Position numbers and translations under genes: made by a program. Of a stretch of 64,000 nt of DNA, positions 58,505 to 64,000 are shown one piece after another (the first letter of the stretch is position 1; every line of letters begins with the position of its first letter). The notes under the pieces are model-generated. The model did no database searches and was not told the origin of the DNA. It saw only the letters and a program-made list of their open reading frames with translations. The stretch is from a virus (taxonomy: Duplodnaviria; Caudoviricetes): IMG/VR virus record IMGVR_UViG_3300016744_000001; one strand, given 5' to 3'.

Positions 58505-61500
58505 ATGGCAAAGAAAAACCTTGGGTCATTTAAAGGCCAAGATCGTACCACCAGTAACATGAATTTCGATTTTGATGATGCCGCCTCGGCATTTGATCGT
58601 TTTGATTTCAGCGATGGCGCGAACACCAATACGAAAAATAATCGCAACCCGATTAATGAAGTCCGTCAGGGTATTTCTTCTGCACTTGGATCAGCTCATG
58701 CCACATTTTTTCCAAGTCTGGGGAAACGCATTTCTCAAAGCGTTCCTGACGCAGCAAGATTCGTTGGAGAAGTTGGTGACTTTACCTCAGATCTGTCGTA
58801 TCTCAGCAATCAGTTGCAGCAAGATGTTGCTCCGATGGTGCAACAGCTTAAGCGAGCTGGCCGTACGCTTGGCCCAAGGGTTAAGCAGTTTCTACCAAAG
58901 TCGCTGCAAAACAGATACGACAAGTTGGTTTCAAGCAGTGATGAACAATCCCGCTCGAATGCCAAGCTCACAAAAGAAGACGCTGAAAAGCAAGCGATTG
59001 CAGCTTCTCTTGACGAAGTATTTAAGAAACAATTGCAGGCACAAGCCGATGCAGTTGTAGAACAGAAGACGGATAGTCTTGTTGATCGCGCTCTTTCTGC
59101 TAAGCAACATGGTGAATCATACAGCCAATTGCAAGCTATTCGTGCAGGGGCTGCTTTCCAACAAACATTTCTGCAAGCAATCCAGATCCCGTACATGAAA
59201 AAGGATCTGGAGATCAAGTACAAACATTACTTCGTTGCTAAGGATACCTTAGCAGTGGTGCAAGGTCTGTCAAAGATCGTTGAAAAGAAACTGGATGAAA
59301 TCAGACACAACACTGGTTTGCCGGATGTCCAGAAGCTCACTCGTTGGGAAGGTGTGAAAGAAGCCGGGCTGCAACGCTTTGGCAATGTAATCACCAACTG
59401 GCAAGTGAACATGCTGCGTAAGTTGCAGTCTCGTGTCCTCGATCCCTTTAAAGAAGGGTTGTCGATGGCCGGTGATGCTGCTGAGACCATGGGTGACACA
59501 CTGAGTACGATGGACGAAATGTCTGGTCGTACTCGAGGTGTTGGTGGTCAAAGTGGTAGCATACTTGGCATGATGATCGGCAACAAGCTGGCTAAGGGTG
59601 CTGGCAAGATGTTGTTCGGTGAGCAGTACGGCGCAAAAGGATTGTTGTCTAACAAGATGCTGTCCTTGAATAATCTGTTCAAAAATGCGAAGACAAGATT
59701 GGCACTCAAAGCCCAGCAGATGGCAGAAGACCGTGAAGGTAGTTTGCTGGGTGAAATGCTGTCAATCCTTGCTCCGGATATTCAACGTGGTGGTGGTCGT
59801 ACAACGAACACGATGTTGAAAGATCCGAATGCGCCAGGTACAATCACAAATGCATTTACTCTCTCAGTAACAACGATCATGCCTGGTTATCTGGCAAAGA
59901 TGGTTAAGCTGCTGGAAGAGATCAAAACGGGTAAGCCAGCTGAAGAATTGGTCTTTGACCATGATAGCAATGACTTTATCCGAGTATCAACACTGCAGAA
60001 GAAGTTTGCGTCAGAAGCTTTTGGTAGTACTTCAGATCGTCGTCGAAACATGGCAAAGGCGATTGGTACAATTCGTGGAACATACAAAGCTACGAGTGGT
60101 TCTGACCTGACGGATTTTGACAATGTTCAGGATGACCTGGCTCAATTCATTTCGAACTGTGCAATGTACAAGAAGCAGATTGAGCCATCAGTAATCAAGG
60201 AATTCGCTGGCATTTTCAAGCAGATCAAAACTGATCGTGCTGCAAGTGATGAAGATGTCAGTGATGACTACAGTAACTTTGAAGATGAACTTGCTTCAAT
60301 TGAAGCAGAAGAACGTGTTCTTCGGTACATGCGTGAGACGTTTAAGGGTGTTCAACATCCAGAAGCGTTGCTTGCATTGCTGGCGTCATTGCTGTTTGAT
60401 TCAAATGGCAATCTTGATCGCCAGGCATATTCTTCGATGGATGACGTCCTTGTTGAACAAATGAACAAGGATGAATATCTTGCCGTATTTGACAAGTATG
60501 TCTCAAAATACGGAAATGCTAGACATCTGAAACCATTCATTTCCTCGTCTGGCCGTCAGTTCACCTACAATGAAGCGGAGATTAAACGTCAGCTCTCGTC
60601 AGGTGTGTCGTTGGACGATAAGGACTTTGTGTCCGAACGTGACATGCACACTGATCGAGAAGCTGAGTTGCAGGCGGCACTTCGTCAGCAAATCAGTTTG
60701 AGTGACTTGCTGAAGGACCCGAATTTTGAAGGCGGCGCGGTTGGCAAGACAATGGCGTTTGCTCGTAAACATCTCGGGGAATATGGTCCGCAACTTAAAG
60801 ACATCTCTGCTCAGTGGAAAGCCGGTGTGAATGATGTTTGGCAGAATGACATTAAAGCCAATTTGCCAGATAACGTGAAACAGTGGTTTGTTGATCGAGC
60901 TGATCAATCACGTCAGACCATGCGTGGGATGCAGGATTCCTTCAGCAACGCTGGTGATGCTGCAGCACTGCAGCTTAAACTCAGACGGTTGAAAGAAACC
61001 AATCCCTATCTCGGTTCAGCAGAATCACGTCAGTTTGATCCATTCTGGAGTGAGCACGAACAAGATCAACCCTTTGCTGAAAATGGTGCGTTCTATCGTG
61101 GAGTACCACCTTACGTGATGGCAGCATTCATGAATGGACAAGGTGCCGCTACCCGGTTTAACTTGTCCGCTCCTTCTGATCAGCAAAAGGTTATTCCGGT
61201 TACACTGGAGAATGCAAAAGTTGTTGCTGAGCTGTTGTCTGATGCAATCGCCAAGTCGCACACAGTAGCACCTCAGCAATTTACAACACAAGTCCAAGGT
61301 GACGTCGTTGGTGCAGTCAATCAGTTTGAAGGAACATTTAAGGAATACGCTGAAAAACAATCAGCCATTCCAGAATTGCTCAATCGGCTGATCGATCTGA
61401 CTGGGGCGCTGTCAGGACAAATGGATTCAATTATCGGTAACACCACTAGCACTGTGCGAAAGGTGTTTCGTTGGACGAAAGATCATGCTAACTTCAAGTC

Positions 61501-64000
61501 GCTAGCTTCACTGGCTAAAAAGTCAGTAGCCGTACCTTGGGGTGCAACTAAACTTGCTGGCAGAATGGCTGGGGCAGCGATCCCTGGGGCATGGAATTGG
61601 ACTACTGGTACGGCTCTTCCGTACGCGCAACATCGACTTAAGCAAGGGATTGGGTTGCTTGGAACTGGCGCAAGAATCGCTGGTGGTTTGTCACTAGATG
61701 CTCTTGGTGCTGGTCTCACTGGATTGGGTTTGTCATCTGACGTCCTTGCAGGTAAATTAGCGACTGGGATGCAGTGGGCGAGAGATAAGAAAGATGGAAT
61801 CAAAACACTCTTTACGGGTGGTCTTTCTGATTTCAAAGCTGGCATGAAACGAAAGTGGCAAGATAAGGTTTACGTTGACGTTTACGTTAAAGATAAGGTT
61901 GATCCCGGAAATCCAATCCTGTCAAAACGACAGCAGGAAGATGGGGTTGTCTTTGTCAAGACGGGTAAACGTTTGCTGACTTCATATGCCTTGAATGCTC
62001 CAGTGATGGACCCAAATACTGAAGACATCTTGGTGACCGAACAGAACATCAAAGATGGTCTGGTCGACGTTCACAATCGTGATATCCTTGGGGCACGATC
62101 TGCATTTGGCAAAGCTCTTCAAGGGACAATGGGTCTTGCTGGAACACTCCTTAGAAAAGGAAAGAGCTTGGGCAAGACCATGCTCGGACTGTTGACTGGG
62201 AATATTCCATTTGCAGAACTGCTTGGGAAATCTGCGATGTTGGGTTTGGATGGTGTTCGAGCACTTGGCCGAGGGACTGGAAAGCTCTTTGGTAAAATGT
62301 TTGGATTGTCAGAAGGACTCAATAAGGAAGACCTCAAGAGCATTGTTGGTGATCGTCTTGACATCATCATCGAAATCTTGAGGAAACGTCAACCTGCTGG
62401 ACCTGAACCAAAACCCATTTCGTCCGGACCAAAGCCTGGTGACCGCGATGGTGATGGTAAATCTGATACGATCTTCCAATCAAGAAAACAGAAAGAAGAA
62501 GAAAAAGAAAAGAAGAATGAAGATACGGAGCGTCGTGGCTTCTATGACACAATGCGATCAATCAAAGATGGCATCGTGGGTAAGAAGGGCGAAAAGAAGG
62601 GGCTCATTGATACTCTCATGGGTGCCTTTGGTGCTGGTGGCATCTTCTCTTCCTTGGTTGGTGTAGCGAAAGGTATTTGGAGTGGTGTGTCCTTCATGGG
62701 CTCAGGTATCTTCAAGTTGCTTTCGTTCGTCGGTACGATTGGTCGTCTTCTCGGTCGGGGTATTCCTGGCATTGCAAAAGGTGCATTCTCACTTGGTGGG
62801 GGGCTCTTCCGTCAGTTCATGAAGATGGGCAAAGTTGGGAAACTGCTGACAGCTGGAGCTGGCTTGCTTGGTTTGTCACACCTTTTTGGTGGCAATGAAG
62901 CAGTTGCTGGTGAAACTGACTTGCCTGAAGATCATGACATTGATCAAGGTGGCAGCGGCGGATCAATGCTCGGTGGGATGGCTGGAGACCTTGCACAATA
63001 CGGAATGATGGCTGGTGGGCTTGGACTTGCTAAACGGTTTGGTGGCAAAGCCTTAGCTAAAATTGGTATTCGTGCCGGTGGTAAAATGGCCGCCCGTGGA
63101 GCGATCGCAGCAGCTGGTGCAGGTTCCGGTCCAGTTGGTTGGATTGTTGGCGGTGGATTGTTGGCTATTGATGCCATTGATACATTCGCTTTCGGTGGAA
63201 AATACAGTCAGAACCTCTACAATTGGATCGGCATTGGAACTGATGACTTTGCTGAATCTCGGTGTAAGCTTTACGGCGTCAACACTGATTTTAAAGTAAA
63301 GAACCTGATTGGTGATGGTGGTTTGCGACAAACGATCAAACTCGAAGATCGTATCTACGACATGCTCACCAAGAATGCCCCACCCTTGAATGACCGTGAT
63401 TATGAAGCATGGACTGATAAGTTCGGTCTTGACTCTTCTGATCCGGCTCAGGTAAAGTATTGGGTGACATGGTTCCGTCGTCGTTTCCTGCCAATCTGTA
63501 AGTGCTATCTTAAAGCACTGCAAGATGAGAAAGTTGGGTATAACGAAGTTGGTCAAGCCAGTGATGGCACGAAGAACAAAATCTTGCAGATCATGCAAGG
63601 TGAGTGCAGCGTTGTAATCCAGAATACCCAAGGCCTTGAACCGACACCTGAAGCATTTAAGAAGTTCAAGGAAAGTGAAGAGAAATGGAAATCTGACAAG
63701 TCCAATGAAGGGAGCAAAGCAAAAGCTGATGCTGCTCGTCAGGACAGAGATTCCAAGATCAAAACCGAGAAAGAATCCGGTGGTAGTGGCAAGTACGATC
63801 TGAGTGCTAGTGAAGCTGCTGCAGTTGGATCAACTAGCGGAGCAGGAGCTCTTGGTGAAGCACAAGCAGCAAAGAACAAAACTGAATATGCTTCTGTCCT
63901 TGCGGCGGCTGGTGGCAATGCTGGTGTTGCCAGAATGCTCGGTGGTGATGCTTTTAATGCTGGCAAGGGTAACGCCTTTACTGGTGGGATTATCCCCGGT
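58505..64000 (+). CDS. tape-measure / lytic tail protein (phiKZ gp181-like), 3'-truncated by the window end
   Basis: ATG 58505 (MAKKNLG..FDFDD); frame open wherever checked (about 1832 codons); KDLEIKYKHYF, IMPGYLAK and DVYVKD motifs; Gly/Ala-rich helices. Confidence 0.8.
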   Translation, partial: MAKKNLGSFKGQDRTTSNMNFDFDDAASAFDRFDFSDGANTNTKNNRNPINEVRQGISSALGSAHATFFPSLGKRISQSVPDAARFVGEVGDFTSDLSYLSNQLQQDVAPMVQQLKRAGRTLGPRVKQFLPKSLQNRYDKLVSSSDEQSRSNAKLTKEDAEKQAIAASLDEVFKKQLQAQADAVVEQKTDSLVDRALSAKQHGESYSQLQAIRAGAAFQQTFLQAIQIPYMKKDLEIKYKHYFVAKDTLAVVQGLSKIVEKKLDEIRHNTGLPDVQKLTRWEGVKEAGLQRFGNVITNWQVNMLRKLQSRVLDPFKEGLSMAGDAAETMGDTLSTMDEMSGRTRGVGGQSGSILGMMIGNKLAKGAGKMLFGEQYGAKGLLSNKMLSLNNLFKNAKTRLALKAQQMAEDREGSLLGEMLSILAPDIQRGGGRTTNTMLKDPNAPGTITNAFTLSVTTIMPGYLAKMVKLLEEIKTGKPAEELVFDHDSNDFIRVSTLQKKFASEAFGSTSDRRRNMAKAIGTIRGTYKATSGSDLTDFDNVQDDLAQFISNCAMYKKQIEPSVIKEFAGIFKQIKTDRAASDEDVSDDYSNFEDELASIEAEERVLRYMRETFKGVQHPEALLALLASLLFDSNGNLDRQAYSSMDDVLVEQMNKDEYLAVFDKYVSKYGNARHLKPFISSSGRQFTYNEAEIKRQLSSGVSLDDKDFVSERDMHTDREAELQAALRQQISLSDLLKDPNFEGGAVGKTMAFARKHLGEYGPQLKDISAQWKAGVNDVWQNDIKANLPDNVKQWFVDRADQSRQTMRGMQDSFSNAGDAAALQLKLRRLKETNPYLGSAESRQFDPFWSEHEQDQPFAENGAFYRGVPPYVMAAFMNGQGAATRFNLSAPSDQQKVIPVTLENAKVVAELLSDAIAKSHTVAPQQFTTQVQGDVVGAVNQFEGTFKEYAEKQSAIPELLNRLIDLTGALSGQMDSIIGNTTSTVRKVFRWTKDHANFKSLASLAKKSVAVPWGATKLAGRMAGAAIPGAWNWTTGTALPYAQHRLKQGIGLLGTGARIAGGLSLDALGAGLTGLGLSSDVLAGKLATGMQWARDKKDGIKTLFTGGLSDFKAGMKRKWQDKVYVDVYVKDKVDPGNPILSKRQQEDGVVFVKTGKRLLTSYALNAPVMDPNTEDILVTEQNIKDGLVDVHNRDILGARSAFGKALQGTMGLAGTLLRKGKSLGKTMLGLLTGNIPFAELLGKSAMLGLDGVRALGRGTGKLFGKMFGLSEGLNKEDLKSIVGDRLDIIIEILRKRQPAGPEPKPISSGPKPGDRDGDGKSDTIFQSRKQKEEEKEKKNEDTERRGFYDTMRSIKDGIVGKKGEKKGLIDTLMGAFGAGGIFSSLVGVAKGIWSGVSFMGSGIFKLLSFVGTIGRLLGRGIPGIAKGAFSLGGGLFRQFMKMGKVGKLLTAGAGLLGLSHLFGGNEAVAGETDLPEDHDIDQGGSGGSMLGGMAGDLAQYGMMAGGLGLAKRFGGKALAKIGIRAGGKMAARGAIAAAGAGSGPVGWIVGGGLLAIDAIDTFAFGGKYSQNLYNWIGIGTDDFAESRCKLYGVNTDFKVKNLIGDGGLRQTIKLEDRIYDMLTKNAPPLNDRDYEAWTDKFGLDSSDPAQVKYWVTWFRRRFLPICKCYLKALQDEKVGYNEVGQASDGTKNKILQIMQGECSVVIQNTQGLEPTPEAFKKFKESEEKWKSDKSNEGSKAKADAARQDRDSKIKTEKESGGSGKYDLSASEAAAVGSTSGAGALGEAQAAKNKTEYASVLAAAGGNAGVARMLGGDAFNAGKGNAFTGGIIPG

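Noticed and set aside
58572-63966. Short ORFs listed in the track beyond 58.5 kb
   Set aside because: All lie within the single long + strand ORF starting at 58505
1-64000. Stop-codon recoding, and proof of a phage nucleus
   Set aside because: Core genes are intact in code 11 and no suppressor tRNA is present; no chimallin or PhuZ gene was recognised in this window

Overview
The window is a 64-kb piece of a phiKZ-like (Chimalliviridae-type) jumbo phage genome read in the standard genetic code. Core genes include split non-virion RNAP beta-C and beta'-C subunits next to an SF2 helicase, a virion RNAP beta' subunit carrying the NADFDGD motif, and a >1800-codon gp181-like tape-measure ORF that runs off the right end and is missing from the ORF track. 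Also present are baseplate/virion proteins, an NAD-dependent ligase, ThyX, dCMP deaminase and five tRNAs. Ten copies of a YATATYAC-N6-GA early-promoter motif and more than 20 perfect intergenic hairpins organise transcription. A Desulfovibrio-type chemoreceptor suggests a sulfate-reducing host (inference). Most notable observations: (1) several non-coding loci of dense RNA structure around the tRNA region, including a ~680-nt promoter-driven RNA and a tandem array of stem-closed ~70-90 nt RNAs; (2) an HExxH zinc-protease-like domain inserted in the catalytic virion RNAP subunit; (3) a complete phage-encoded methyl-accepting chemotaxis protein beside an acyl carrier protein; (4) a divergent Tad1-like anti-defence sponge; (5) a prfB-like CTT-TGA-C +1 frameshift site. 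All family calls come from motif recognition by eye; no database searches or folding programs were run.
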